Source: an uncultured Gemmatimonadales bacterium (lineage in GTDB: Bacteria; Gemmatimonadota; Gemmatimonadetes; Gemmatimonadales; GWC2-71-9). From it: a stretch of DNA of 64,000 nucleotides. Within the stretch, counting starts at the first letter, position 1. The number at the start of each line of letters is the position of its first letter. This document shows, piece after piece, positions 8,325 through 21,106 of this stretch. The stretch covers positions 64,001 to 128,000 of the forward strand of contig CAWCVB010000003.1 of NCBI GenBank assembly GCA_963798915.1, read 5' to 3'. The notes below the pieces were generated by a model that did not search any database, had not been told where the DNA came from, and worked only from the letters and a program-made list of their open reading frames with translations. Both the position numbers and the translations under genes were made by a program.

Positions 8325-10682
8325 CTAGCGAATCACATTCAACAGCCGCGACCGCGTCACGCTCTTACCGCTTCCCTCCTCCGTTACTGTCATTGTCATC
8401 CGATACTGCCCGCCCTTGAGCGGGTCGAGTGCCACGCTCCGGCGCAAGCGCATCATGGGGCCGGTCGCCTTTTCCGAGAATCCCAGTCGCACCTCGCCCT
8501 TCGCGTCGCCGGCGATGCCCTTGAGCTCGAGTTGCGTCTGGTATTCCCGACCTGTCGTCGCCCCGCTCAGCTCGTAGTACACCTCGACGCTGCCGGATCT
8601 GGGATACGCATCGAGCGGACTCAGGGGCACGTCACCAGCAGGCGAATGCCAGGCCAGGCCTGAACCCTCCCGCCCAAACACGAGATCACTGAGTCCAAGC
8701 TGACTGCCTGGCGCCAGCATCACGGCTCGGCGCTCGAGCGCACCGCCGGCGTCGACATCCGGCTGCGTCACCAGCAGCCGCACATCCCACGTGCCGGCAC
8801 CAAGTGGCATCTCCTCAGTCCCGTACAGGTACTGACCCTGCCGCAGCGTGTCGGCGGCGCGGAAGTAGCGCGTGGTGTCCTGACGAATGATGTGCGCCGC
8901 AGCGTCGGTGGCGATAAAGCGTAGCGCGAGGGAATAGACCACTCCACCCTGGGGAAGCGGCGTGGGGGTGAGCTGATCTCCAGCGAGAGCGAAGACCGCC
9001 AACACACGCCCGGTGCGGTCGGCCGGTTGCCCCACGGCATAGAACTGGGCCAGCACCTCAATGCGCTTGGCGTAATTGACCGGGAACTCGTCGCTCGATA
9101 GCCCCACGGCGATATCTCGTTTTCCGTCTCTCACCAGCTGCTGCACCAGACTCTGGGCCACGCCGGAAGTGGTGCCGGAGAGAATCTTGCTTCTTTGAGA
9201 AGCCGGATCCGTGGTGCGGAGCTCGCCTTCGAGGGCCGCGAACCGCGGATCGAGGCCCGCGCGGGCGCCGATCATCTCCGGATTGAGTGGCAGCATCGCA
9301 ACCAGCGTGGTGGCCGCACTGGTGCCGAGCGCCAGGCTGCCGCAGAAATGGAACAGCAGCGTGCCATGTGGCGTCACGTACTTCCAGCTTTCGTTGGGCC
9401 GGGTTTCGGTCTGTGCAGGCGTCGCTTCGGTCACTCGCTTCCCGGGCAAGGGAGCCGTCGAGAGGGCTCGTTCCTGCGCCGCGGCCGCACGCTCATCGGG
9501 CGCGCCGTGGCGCATGTAGATCAGCCCGCGGTCGTCCACTTGGCGCTTGCCGCGCCAGGTGGCGGCGTAGACACCTGGCTCGAGGAGCTGCAGGTCGGGT
9601 GCTGATGTCTGTTCCGGATCATCGCGCAGCGACGGGATAATGCCTGGTCCGCAATTGGCGCCCCCGCGCTGGGGCGTGCCTTCTGCTCTCGCACTCACCT
9701 GGAAGTGCTCGAACACATAGCGCCAGCGCCGCACATGCTCGGCCAGCCGCTCGCCCGGCGCGCGCAATTCCTCCGCATCCCGCTTGGCCCAGAACGCCGC
9801 GACGAATGCGCCCATGCTGTCGAGTGGCGCGGCGTCAAAGGCGGCCAGCTCGTCGGGCGTGGCGACCCACGCCAGGTCGCGCCGGTACTGCTCGCGCGCC
9901 AGGCTGTCGGCAATCCGGGCGCCCTCGAGGTAGGACGTGGTCGCCGCCGACACCTGGCCCAGGTCGTAGAGTGAGCGGGCCTGCTCCAGGAGTCCCAATG
10001 CCGAGTCCCCACCCAAGGCCACATACTGTCGGAAAGCCGCCACTGCCGAATCGGGTTCATGGAGATTGCGATAGACCCGGCCCAGAGCGAGCCACGGTGT
10101 CGGGACTTGATTGGTCGCCGCCGCGCGCCGCACCGCTCGTTTCAGCTCGCCATTGAGCCCGCGCTCACCGAAGGGGAGCAGGATGTCGCCCAGCAGGGCC
10201 GCGGCCGGCACAAAGCTGGAATCCGCATCCAAGGCCTGACCCAGCGCATGAAGAGCGGCATCGTGGTAGTAGACTCCCGCCCCGGAGTGCATCGAGGACT
10301 TGACCACCGCCCCACTGCTGTCGAGCGCCAGGTCGGTCAGAGCCAGCCCATACCAGGGCCAGGGCCAGTCCTCGGGCGCGCGGTAGATGGCTTCGTCAAA
10401 GAGTGCCTGGGCCCGGTCCAGTGCGGCACGCCCGGGGGACAGCTCGCCCGCCCGGAGCTGGACCAGTCCGGCCTGGAGCAGGAGGCTTGCGTCAGCTTGA
10501 TGTTGCTGCACCTGCGCTTGCTCCGCAGCGGCACGAGTTTGCGCGTCGGCGAACAATGCGATAGTGCTGGTGGAGTCCCGCAGGGCCACGAGGTGGGTGC
10601 GCAGTGCCGGCTGCTGGGCGCTCAGCAGAGCGGGCGAGGCGGGCAGGAGGAGCGGGATCATCAGCCAGTGGAGCGAGCGCAT
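8325..10682 (-). CDS. GWxTD-domain protein with TPR-like N-terminus
   Basis: Signal peptide; helical repeats; FWAKRD..ERLAEHVRRWRY and DDRGLIYMRHGAPD; C-terminal beta-rich domain. Confidence 0.75.
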   Translation of the reverse strand: MRSLHWLMIPLLLPASPALLSAQQPALRTHLVALRDSTSTIALFADAQTRAAAEQAQVQQHQADASLLLQAGLVQLRAGELSPGRAALDRAQALFDEAIYRAPEDWPWPWYGLALTDLALDSSGAVVKSSMHSGAGVYYHDAALHALGQALDADSSFVPAAALLGDILLPFGERGLNGELKRAVRRAAATNQVPTPWLALGRVYRNLHEPDSAVAAFRQYVALGGDSALGLLEQARSLYDLGQVSAATTSYLEGARIADSLAREQYRRDLAWVATPDELAAFDAAPLDSMGAFVAAFWAKRDAEELRAPGERLAEHVRRWRYVFEHFQVSARAEGTPQRGGANCGPGIIPSLRDDPEQTSAPDLQLLEPGVYAATWRGKRQVDDRGLIYMRHGAPDERAAAAQERALSTAPLPGKRVTEATPAQTETRPNESWKYVTPHGTLLFHFCGSLALGTSAATTLVAMLPLNPEMIGARAGLDPRFAALEGELRTTDPASQRSKILSGTTSGVAQSLVQQLVRDGKRDIAVGLSSDEFPVNYAKRIEVLAQFYAVGQPADRTGRVLAVFALAGDQLTPTPLPQGGVVYSLALRFIATDAAAHIIRQDTTRYFRAADTLRQGQYLYGTEEMPLGAGTWDVRLLVTQPDVDAGGALERRAVMLAPGSQLGLSDLVFGREGSGLAWHSPAGDVPLSPLDAYPRSGSVEVYYELSGATTGREYQTQLELKGIAGDAKGEVRLGFSEKATGPMMRLRRSVALDPLKGGQYRMTMTVTEEGSGKSVTRSRLLNVIR

Positions 10683-10745
10683 GATGGGTGTCCTGGGCGG
10701 AATACTTCGGTGACGTTGACGCGCGGCGCCTGGTGCACAGGTGAG

Positions 10746-10833
10746 GGCTCGGCGGCTCGGCGGCTCGGCGGCTCGGCGGCTCGGCGGCTCGGCGGCTCGG
10801 CGGCTCGGCGGCTCGGCGGCTCGGCGGCTCGGC
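10746..10833. repeat. Perfect octamer tandem repeat (GGCTCGGC)x11
   Basis: 88 bp, 11 exact copies, intergenic upstream of the GWxTD gene. Confidence 0.95.
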
Positions 10834-10856
10834 GGACCGAAGCTCGCCCGTCCTGT

Positions 10857-11618
10857 CTAGTCCAATCTCGCCTTCACCCGTCCGCCAACTCCGATTCCCA
10901 GTCGCCGTGCCGCAGAGCCATCGCGCACGGCAATTTCGATGTGTCCATCTGACCCTGCGTATGCCAGCAGCACGCCTGTCGCCACATCGGCGAAGGTGCG
11001 GCGCAGCCGACCGATTGCGACACCTTCGACCTCGAGGGATGCGTAGTCCGGCATGTTGTCGGACGTGAAGTTGGTGACCAGCGTGCCGAACCGGTCCACG
11101 TAGATCACTTCGCCAATCAGCACCTTGCCTTCGTGATACGGCTCCCGCGTGGCCAGCCGTTCGGGAATGCCGCTGAAGGGAGGGCCGAGGTCACCCAGGG
11201 CCGTTCCCGTCGCGAGCCGCGCCGCGGCCGGCGCGAAGAGATCCCGTCCATGGAAGGTGGGCGCCGCCCAGTCTGGCTCCGCCAGCACGACCGCGCGCAC
11301 CGGTGCATTCCGCATGACGAACGAAAAGAGCCCGTTGTCGGGCCCGATGAAAAAGTGTCCGTGCACCTCGAGCGCAACCGCCGCGCGTGCGGTCCCGACG
11401 CCGGGATCCACCACGGCCAGATGGATCGACCCCGCGGGAAAGTTTCGCCAGGCCCGGTCCAGCACATAGGCCGCGGCGCGCACATCGCCCGGCGCAATCG
11501 CATGCGAGATATCCACCAGCACCGCATGGGGCGCCGCCGAAAGGATGACGCCTTTCATTTCGGCGACGTAGGAATCGGCCGTGCCGAAGTCGGTGAGCAG
11601 GGTGACGATCGTGGGCAC
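10857..11618 (-). CDS. SAM hydrolase/chlorinase-fluorinase family (DUF62)
   Basis: TLLTDFG, VVDPGVGT, GPDNG, TFHGRDLFAP, YVDRFG motifs; GTG start at 11618. Confidence 0.9.
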   Translation of the reverse strand: MPTIVTLLTDFGTADSYVAEMKGVILSAAPHAVLVDISHAIAPGDVRAAAYVLDRAWRNFPAGSIHLAVVDPGVGTARAAVALEVHGHFFIGPDNGLFSFVMRNAPVRAVVLAEPDWAAPTFHGRDLFAPAAARLATGTALGDLGPPFSGIPERLATREPYHEGKVLIGEVIYVDRFGTLVTNFTSDNMPDYASLEVEGVAIGRLRRTFADVATGVLLAYAGSDGHIEIAVRDGSAARRLGIGVGGRVKARLD

Positions 11619-11629
11619 GCGCCCGCCGA

Positions 11630-12724
11630 TCAGGAGTTGATGATGGGCAGTGAGAAGCTGGAGGAGGCCGCGGCGCTCACCACTGCACCGGCAATGGCGG
11701 CAAGTGCTTCCGCGGCGGCGGAGTTCGGTGCATCGACCAGCACCGGCGTGCCATGGTCGGCGGCATCGGCGAGACCCGGCTGCAGCGGCACGGTGCCCAG
11801 CAGGGGCACACCCAGCTCCTCGGCCAGTCGCTGGCCACCGCCGGAGGAGAAGAGTTCCCAACGCCGCCCGGTCTCCGGGTCAGTGAAGCCACTCATGTTT
11901 TCCACTACGCCGAGCACCGGCACGCCGACCCGCTCGAACATCCTGGCGCCGCGGAGCGCGTCACCGACCGCCATCTCCTGCGGCGTGGTGATAATGACCG
12001 CGCCCGACACCTGCGTCGCCTGCACCAGGGAAAGCTGCGCATCACCGGTGCCAGGCGGGAGGTCGACGATGAAATAGTCCAGTTCTCCCCAGGCAACGTC
12101 CTGCAGGAATTGCTGGATCACCTTCATGATGATCGGCCCACGCCAGATGGCGGGCGCATCGCGCTCCACCAGAAAGCCCAGCGACATCAGCCGGACGCCG
12201 TGCGCTTCCAGCGGAATGATCTTCCGGGTCTCGGGATTCACTACCGGCTTTTCATGAAGACCGAACATGCGCGGCATGTTGGGACCGTAGATGTCGGCAT
12301 CCATGACGCCGACCCGGTGACCCGCCTGCGCCAGTGCGACGGCGATATTGGCGGCCACGGTGGACTTGCCCACCCCGCCCTTGCCGCTGGAGATGGCGAT
12401 GACCGTGCCGAGCTCTTCCCGGCGCTGCGGCGCTGGCGTCGCCGGCTCACTTCCGGGCGGGCCGTGCGCCGAGCGGGCAGGGGCTGGATTGGTAACCTGG
12501 ATCTTGACGTCCGTCACGCCCTCGATCATCTCGACGGCACGGCGCACCTGGCGAACCAGGGTGCCCTTGTCCTCATTGGCAAGCAGGAAGGTGAAAGCAA
12601 CCCGGCCGTCGGCGCTGACATCAAGATTCCGGACCATGCCGGCCGACAGCACGTCATTTTCCAGCCGCTCATTCCGGATGCGGGCGAGCGCCGCCACGAC
12701 CTGTGCCTCGAGGGGCTCCGTCAC
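11630..12724 (-). CDS. apbC: Mrp/NBP35 (ApbC) Fe-S cluster carrier ATPase
   Basis: SGKGGVGKST, DADIYGP, WRGP, DLPPGTGD, GVVENMS; GTG start overlaps the NifU-family stop. Confidence 0.92.
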   Translation of the reverse strand: MTEPLEAQVVAALARIRNERLENDVLSAGMVRNLDVSADGRVAFTFLLANEDKGTLVRQVRRAVEMIEGVTDVKIQVTNPAPARSAHGPPGSEPATPAPQRREELGTVIAISSGKGGVGKSTVAANIAVALAQAGHRVGVMDADIYGPNMPRMFGLHEKPVVNPETRKIIPLEAHGVRLMSLGFLVERDAPAIWRGPIIMKVIQQFLQDVAWGELDYFIVDLPPGTGDAQLSLVQATQVSGAVIITTPQEMAVGDALRGARMFERVGVPVLGVVENMSGFTDPETGRRWELFSSGGGQRLAEELGVPLLGTVPLQPGLADAADHGTPVLVDAPNSAAAEALAAIAGAVVSAAASSSFSLPIINS

Positions 12725-12957
12725 ACCGCCTCCACGTGCCGCACCTCGGGCACCATCTGCCGCAGCCGGTGTTCCAGTCCGTGCTTGAGGGTCACGGTGC
12801 TCGCGGAACAGCCGTGGCAATGCCCGCCCATCCGCACCAGCAGGACGCCGTCGCCGGCGTCAAAGTCGATCACTTCGACGCTGCCCCGGTGCGACTGGAT
12901 ATACGGCCGCAGGGTATCGATCGTGCGCTCAATGCGCTCCATCAGGTCGTCGTTCAT
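12721..12957 (-). CDS. NifU/NfuA C-terminal-domain protein
   Basis: LRPYIQSHRGSVE and GHCHGC (CxxC). Confidence 0.9.
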   Translation of the reverse strand: MNDDLMERIERTIDTLRPYIQSHRGSVEVIDFDAGDGVLLVRMGGHCHGCSASTVTLKHGLEHRLRQMVPEVRHVEAV

Positions 12958-13967
12958 GTCTCTGCAATATACTCGCGCGCCGCCGCCAGGATCGTCGATT
13001 GGACCTCGCCAAGTGAGCCGGTCACGGCCAGCCCGGCGGCCTTGGTGTGGCCGCCGCCGCCGTAGCGACGCGCAAACGCCGCCACGTCGATGCCGCCCAC
13101 CGAGCGCAGCGAGACCTTGACCCTCCCCTGCGACGCCTCGCGGAACAGCAGCGCCATGCGGATACCCTCGATGCTGCGGGCAAATTCGACCACGCCGTCG
13201 AGGTCATCCGATGACACGCCATGCCGTTCCAGTGCGCCCGGTGGAACCGTGATCCACGAGAGCTGGTGCTCCGGCTCCACCACGAGCGTCTGCAGCGCCT
13301 CGGCAAAGAGCCGGGGACGGCCGGCCGGCGCGCTGGCGTAGACGTCCAGATAGATCTGTTCCGGGTCTACACCGGTCTCGAGCAGTTCGGCCGCGACCCG
13401 GAGGGTCCGGGGGCGCGTGTTGCTGAAGCGGAAACCGCCTGTGTCCGTCAGCAGGGCAACATAGAGCGCCCGCGCGATCGGTCCCGACAGGGGCCAGCTA
13501 TTGGCGGCGGCGACCTCAAACACCAGCTCGCCCGTGGCCGACGCATTGGGGTCCACGTACCGCGGACCGTCCGGCAGCGCCCCGACTCCCACGTGATGAT
13601 CGATGCAGGCCACGGGAACACCGCGCGTCCGGACGGTATCCGCCAGCATGCCCAGGCGACCGAGATCAGAGATATCGAGCACCACGATGACGTCCGCTCG
13701 GCGCAGCTCCTTGATGGCGTCCTGGGTGTGATCCGCCCCGGGGACTTCCGCCAGCAGGAAATCGAAACGCGGGGGCGTGGGCGTGGGGTTGGTTATGGAG
13801 CAGACGACGTTTCGCGCGCGCAGCATGTGCAGGAGGGCGATTTCACTGCCCAGTCCGTCGCCATCGGGGTTCACGTGCGTGGTGAGGCAGACGCGCATGC
13901 CGGGCTTGATAGCGTCAGCGAGGGCGCGGCCCGCGGCGGATTTCTCCGCGGAGAGGTTCCATGGCAT
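12954..13967 (-). CDS. nrnA: DHH/DHHA1 phosphoesterase, NrnA-like
   Basis: THVNPDGDGLGS, IDHH, TDTGGF, GGGGH motifs; start at ATG 13967. Confidence 0.9.
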   Translation of the reverse strand: MPWNLSAEKSAAGRALADAIKPGMRVCLTTHVNPDGDGLGSEIALLHMLRARNVVCSITNPTPTPPRFDFLLAEVPGADHTQDAIKELRRADVIVVLDISDLGRLGMLADTVRTRGVPVACIDHHVGVGALPDGPRYVDPNASATGELVFEVAAANSWPLSGPIARALYVALLTDTGGFRFSNTRPRTLRVAAELLETGVDPEQIYLDVYASAPAGRPRLFAEALQTLVVEPEHQLSWITVPPGALERHGVSSDDLDGVVEFARSIEGIRMALLFREASQGRVKVSLRSVGGIDVAAFARRYGGGGHTKAAGLAVTGSLGEVQSTILAAAREYIAET

Positions 13968-14004
13968 GGGAGGAATGTAAGCGGGGAATGGGAAGGAGAG
14001 AAAA

Positions 14005-14090
14005 GCTGAAGGCTGAAGGCTGAAGGCTCCTCGCCAACAGTCCTCAGCCTTCACCCTTCAGCTTTCAGCTTTCTGCTTTCAGCCTTCAGC
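14005..14090. repeat. Inverted heptamer arrays (GCTGAAG)x3 / (CTTCAGC-like)x7
   Basis: Complementary arrays able to form a hairpin, overlapping the permease stop. Confidence 0.85.
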
Positions 14091-15587
14091 GCCCCGCGCT
14101 GCCTCCCGCTCCCGCTGCAGCACGCTGTGCTTCCGGCTGTAGCCAAAGTAGATGAGGAAGCCGATGATCAGCCACACCAGGAGGCGCTTCCAGGTGGCCC
14201 CAGGGAGGGTCGCCATGAGGCCCAGACAGGAAAGAATGCCGAGAATCGGCACCAGTGGCACCCACGGAGTCCGGAACGGACGCTCGAGGTCCGGCCGCTT
14301 GTGGCGCAGAATCCAGACGCCGGCGCAGACCAGTACGAATGCGAGCAGGGTTCCGATATTCACCATCTCGCCCAGGATCTGGATGGGGAAGATTCCGGCG
14401 ACGAGGGCGACGATGAGCCCCACCCAGATGGTCGACAGGTATGGGGTCCGGAATCGCGGATGGACCTTGCCGGCCCACGGCCCCATGAGCCCGTCACGGG
14501 ACATCGAGTAGAACACCCGCGACTGGCCCAGGAGCATCACCAGCACCACCGAGCCAAGCCCAAGCACCGCGCCGAGCGTAATCAGGGGTGTCATCCACGT
14601 CAGGCCCGGGGTCACCCTGACCGCGTATCCCACCGGGTCTGGCACGTTGAGCGCGGTGTATTTGACCATGCCCGTGAGAACCAGGGAGACCAGGATGTAG
14701 AGCAGGGTGCAGATGCCCAGCGAGGCGAGAATGCCGATGGGCATGTCGCGCTGCGGATTCTTGGCCTCCTGGGCGGCCGTACTAACGGCGTCGAAGCCGA
14801 TATAGGCAAAGAAGACCAGGCCGGCTCCGCTCAGGATGCCGGAGACACCATAGGCTCCGAAGCTTCCGAGATTAGCCGGAATCATGGGCGTCCAGTTGGC
14901 CGGGTTCACATAACGGACGCCAAAAGCGATGAACAGCACCACCACGGCGAGCTTGAGCAGGACGATGACATTGTTGACCTTGGCGCTCTCTTCGATCCCG
15001 ATGGTGAGCACCGTGGTGGCGAGCAGGACCACCAGCATGGCCGGCACGTTAATGACCGCTCCGGTCAGGTTGAATCCGGTGTGCACGCACCCGGCGAGCG
15101 ATTGCACCACCTCGGTCTGCGTGCAGAAGGCCAGCGGTGCCGTCGAAAAGTGCACCGGGATGTGGATGCCCAGAAAATTGAACAGCCCCACGAGGTAGCC
15201 GGACCAACCCACGCCGACCGTCGCGGCGCCCAGTGAATACTCCAGAATCAGATCCCAGCCGATGATCCAGGCGACAAATTCGCCCATGGTGGCATAGGAG
15301 TAGGTGTACGCGCTGCCGGCAACGGGTACGGCACTCGCCATTTCGGCGTAACAGAGGCCGGCAAAGCCACAGGCAATGCCGGCGGCAATGAAAGAGACCC
15401 AGACCGCGGGGCCCGCGTGCAGTGCCGCGGCCACCCCGGTGAGGACAAAGATGCCCGCGCCGATGATGGCGCCGATGCCGAGGGTGGTCAGGTTGAGCGC
15501 GCCGAGGCTGCGGCTCAGTGAACGTTCGCCAGTCTCCTCCGCTTCAGCGCGGAGGACCGAGATGGACTTCGTGGCCCAGAGACTCAT
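14079..15587 (-). CDS. APC-family amino acid permease (CAT-like)
   Basis: GIGAIIGAGIF, GSAYTYSY, FFAYIGFD, EAKNPQRD motifs. Confidence 0.92.
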   Translation of the reverse strand: MSLWATKSISVLRAEAEETGERSLSRSLGALNLTTLGIGAIIGAGIFVLTGVAAALHAGPAVWVSFIAAGIACGFAGLCYAEMASAVPVAGSAYTYSYATMGEFVAWIIGWDLILEYSLGAATVGVGWSGYLVGLFNFLGIHIPVHFSTAPLAFCTQTEVVQSLAGCVHTGFNLTGAVINVPAMLVVLLATTVLTIGIEESAKVNNVIVLLKLAVVVLFIAFGVRYVNPANWTPMIPANLGSFGAYGVSGILSGAGLVFFAYIGFDAVSTAAQEAKNPQRDMPIGILASLGICTLLYILVSLVLTGMVKYTALNVPDPVGYAVRVTPGLTWMTPLITLGAVLGLGSVVLVMLLGQSRVFYSMSRDGLMGPWAGKVHPRFRTPYLSTIWVGLIVALVAGIFPIQILGEMVNIGTLLAFVLVCAGVWILRHKRPDLERPFRTPWVPLVPILGILSCLGLMATLPGATWKRLLVWLIIGFLIYFGYSRKHSVLQREREAARGAEG

Positions 15588-15618
15588 GCACCGCTCGCTG
15601 CTGGGGTGGAAGGGGGTG

Positions 15619-15694
15619 GACGGTCGACGGTCGTCAGTCGTCAGTCGTCAGTCGACAACTACGCATGCGACCGACGACTGTCGACAATCAACCG
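15619..15694. repeat. Inverted heptamer arrays (GTCGTCA/GTCGACG vs CGACCGA/CGACTGT)
   Basis: Degenerate 7-mer runs of opposite sense in the intergenic gap. Confidence 0.75.
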
Positions 15695-15826
15695 CTACAG
15701 CGACGTGCCGGGCGGCGGCAGTTTCTCCACCTGCGGCGTACTCATCAGCTTGGCATAGCACCAGACGGTGAGACTCAGTACGCAGCCCCATGCGATCAGC
15801 ATGAACAACAATGCGCCGGCGCTCAT
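15695..15826 (-). CDS. Small single-TM protein, putative MetS-like NSS transporter small subunit
   Basis: 43 aa MSAGALLFMLIAWGCVLSLTVWCYAKLMSTPQVEKLPPPGTSL; ATGA overlap with the NSS stop; below the ORF-track cutoff. Confidence 0.75.
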   Translation of the reverse strand: MSAGALLFMLIAWGCVLSLTVWCYAKLMSTPQVEKLPPPGTSL

Positions 15827-17424
15827 GAGATTTCCCCCCGGGCCTGGCTGGGGCGTGACTTCCGGGCCCAGGCGGCCTTGATGAGAATGAGTTGCAGGAC
15901 GAGCAGTCCGAGCATCACCAGTCGCGACGCCGTGCGGGTGGTGTGCTCACCCTCGGGAATGTCCCGGTAGAGCAGCGTGGGGACCGCGTCCTGCACCGTC
16001 CACCATGCCATCATGACCAGCAGGAACACCGGTGTCACGTAGGTCATGACAAACTTGAAGATCCGCGGGATTCGGATCGATGCGCCTTCATGCAGTTCGC
16101 GCCAAGCATTCTCCGGACCGAACACCCACATGAAGATGATCGTCTCGATCAGCGCCAGCACCACCAGGCCGAAGGTTCCCGCCCAGTAATCCCACTCGGC
16201 CAGGAAGCCACCGGTGTACCAGATGATATGGCACAACCCCAGCGCCATGGCAATGAAGCCGATGGTCCACGCGCTGCGCTTCCGGGTCCAGCCGAAATGC
16301 TCCTCCATGAACGAGAGCGCGGGCGTCGCCATTGCTACCGATGACGTGATGCCGGCAAAGAAAAGCAGGCCGAACCACATCACGCCCGCGATGGTGGCCA
16401 TGAACTGGCCGCCAGGCAACTGGTTGAAGACCAGTGGCATGGCCACGAAGCCCAGGTCGAAGGTGCCGCCCTTGGCGATCGCCACCGCGCCCGTGATGCC
16501 GAAGAACGCCACGATGGCCGGGATGGCCAGCGAACCGCCGAGCACGACCTCGGCTGTCTCGTTGGTGGCCGCCGTGGCCAGCCCGGACAACACGATGTCA
16601 TCCTTCTTGGTCAGGTACGACGCGTAGGCCTGCAGCGAGCCCATCCCCACGGACAGCGTAAAGAAGATCTGTCCCGCCGCCGCCAGCCAGACGCTCGGCT
16701 TGTTCAGCGCCGCCCAGTTGGGCGTGTACATCCAGTTGAGGCCCTGCCACGGGCCGATCATGTTGCCGGTGGCCACGCCATTGATCACTTCGGGATGGGA
16801 CCCGAGCGTCAGCACCCGGATGACCAGGATGGCGGCAAAGGCGAAGAGGATCGGCATGCCGATCTTGGCCAGCCGCTCGATGCCGGCGGTCAGGCCCTTG
16901 CTCACGACCCAGAAGTTGATCAGGATCGTGATGAAGAAGAAGATGAATGGCGTCCAGAGACTGTGCACCGCCCCATTTCCCAGATCCTGGTACGAGGCCA
17001 GAAACTGGCGCATGCCAGCCTGATCGAGGCCATGGGTTGCGCCGGTGACGGAGAAAAGCGTCCACGCCAGGGTCCACGATTCGATGTAGCAGTAGTAGAT
17101 CAGCACCACCAGGGGCATGAAGATGCCCAGGACGCCCAGGTACTTGGCGAGCGGATTCTTCCAGAGCCGGTCAAACATCCCGGGTACCGATCCTTCGCCA
17201 TGCAACCCACCGTGCCGTCCAACACCCCACTCGATCCACATGAGCGGAATGCCCACCAGAATGAAGGCGATGAAGTACGGGATCATGAACGTCCCGCCGC
17301 CATTCTGGGTCAGCTGATTGGGAAAGCGCAGGAAATTGCCGAGGCCTACGGCGTTGCCGGCCATGGCCAGAATCAGGCCGATGCGAGATCCCCACTGTTC
17401 GCGGGGGGCTGCGGGGTCGGTCAT
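15823..17424 (-). CDS. Sodium-dependent transporter, NSS (LeuT-like) family
   Basis: REQWGSRIGLILAMAGNAVGLGNFLRFP and GQIFFTLS match LeuT TM1/TM6 motifs. Confidence 0.95.
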   Translation of the reverse strand: MTDPAAPREQWGSRIGLILAMAGNAVGLGNFLRFPNQLTQNGGGTFMIPYFIAFILVGIPLMWIEWGVGRHGGLHGEGSVPGMFDRLWKNPLAKYLGVLGIFMPLVVLIYYCYIESWTLAWTLFSVTGATHGLDQAGMRQFLASYQDLGNGAVHSLWTPFIFFFITILINFWVVSKGLTAGIERLAKIGMPILFAFAAILVIRVLTLGSHPEVINGVATGNMIGPWQGLNWMYTPNWAALNKPSVWLAAAGQIFFTLSVGMGSLQAYASYLTKKDDIVLSGLATAATNETAEVVLGGSLAIPAIVAFFGITGAVAIAKGGTFDLGFVAMPLVFNQLPGGQFMATIAGVMWFGLLFFAGITSSVAMATPALSFMEEHFGWTRKRSAWTIGFIAMALGLCHIIWYTGGFLAEWDYWAGTFGLVVLALIETIIFMWVFGPENAWRELHEGASIRIPRIFKFVMTYVTPVFLLVMMAWWTVQDAVPTLLYRDIPEGEHTTRTASRLVMLGLLVLQLILIKAAWARKSRPSQARGEIS

Positions 17425-17450
17425 CTGGGATCCGGGTTGGGGTGGTGGTT

Positions 17451-17492
17451 TGGTCAATGGTCGACGGTCATTGGTCAACGGTCAACGGTCAA
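17451..17492. repeat. Heptamer array (T/C)GGTCAA-type x6
   Basis: tggtcaa tggtcga cggtcat tggtcaa cggtcaa cggtcaa between guaB and the NSS gene. Confidence 0.8.
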
Positions 17493-17502
17493 GCGTTCAC
17501 CA

Positions 17503-20546
<3,044 letters not shown>

Positions 20547-20549
20547 GGA

Positions 20550-20691
20550 GTTGGGGATTAGGGGTTAGGGATTGGGGATTGGGGGTGAGGGATGAGGGAT
20601 GAGGGATGAGGGATCAGGGTTGTGCGACGAGCGTCAGTCTTTCCGCCCGAATCCCTCACCCCTGACCCCTATGCCCTATACCCCAATCCCC
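20550..20691. repeat. Inverted heptamer arrays (ATGAGGG/ATTGGGG)x10 / (CCCTCAC/CCCCAAT)x6
   Basis: Ten G-rich 7-mers, a ~26-nt spacer, then six complementary C-rich 7-mers. Confidence 0.9.
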
Positions 20692-20694
20692 AGC

Positions 20695-21048
20695 TCAACG
20701 ATCCTGTGCTTTCCCGGGCAGCGATGGCGTTGTCGGTGTTGCACCACCGCCATCCACCGCGTTCACCGCTTCATCAACCACAGCCTGCCCCGCCGCTGCC
20801 AGGCCTTTCATGACCTTGGCGGCCCCGTCCACAAGGCCCATGGTGCCGCTGATGGCCTTGACCGGCAGCTTGCCGGCCCGCATGGTGTCCTCGACCGCAT
20901 CGGAGAGCCGGGCAAAGATGCCGGTCGGCCGCTGCCGCGCCGCGTACTTGCTCTCCAGGAACTCGACGTAGTCGAGCACCTGGTAGGCGCGCTCGTCCGT
21001 CAGAGATTCGAGGGCGCGCAGGATGCGCTGCTTCAGCAGGTCGTTCAC
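20695..21048 (-). CDS. Small hypothetical protein (DUF2281-like N-terminus)
   Basis: LESLTDERAYQVLDYVEFLESKY resembles DUF2281; AAGGAG before the GTG. Confidence 0.65.
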   Translation of the reverse strand: MNDLLKQRILRALESLTDERAYQVLDYVEFLESKYAARQRPTGIFARLSDAVEDTMRAGKLPVKAISGTMGLVDGAAKVMKGLAAAGQAVVDEAVNAVDGGGATPTTPSLPGKAQDR

Positions 21049-21106
21049 CGTGGGCTCCTTCCGACGTCTTCAATGTGGTGCAAGTCGGGCAGTCGCGCTA
21101 CCGGCG

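Noticed and set aside
10857..11618. True fluorinase/chlorinase for halometabolite synthesis
   Set aside because: Housekeeping context with no biosynthetic cluster; the common DUF62 SAM hydrolase is the simpler call.
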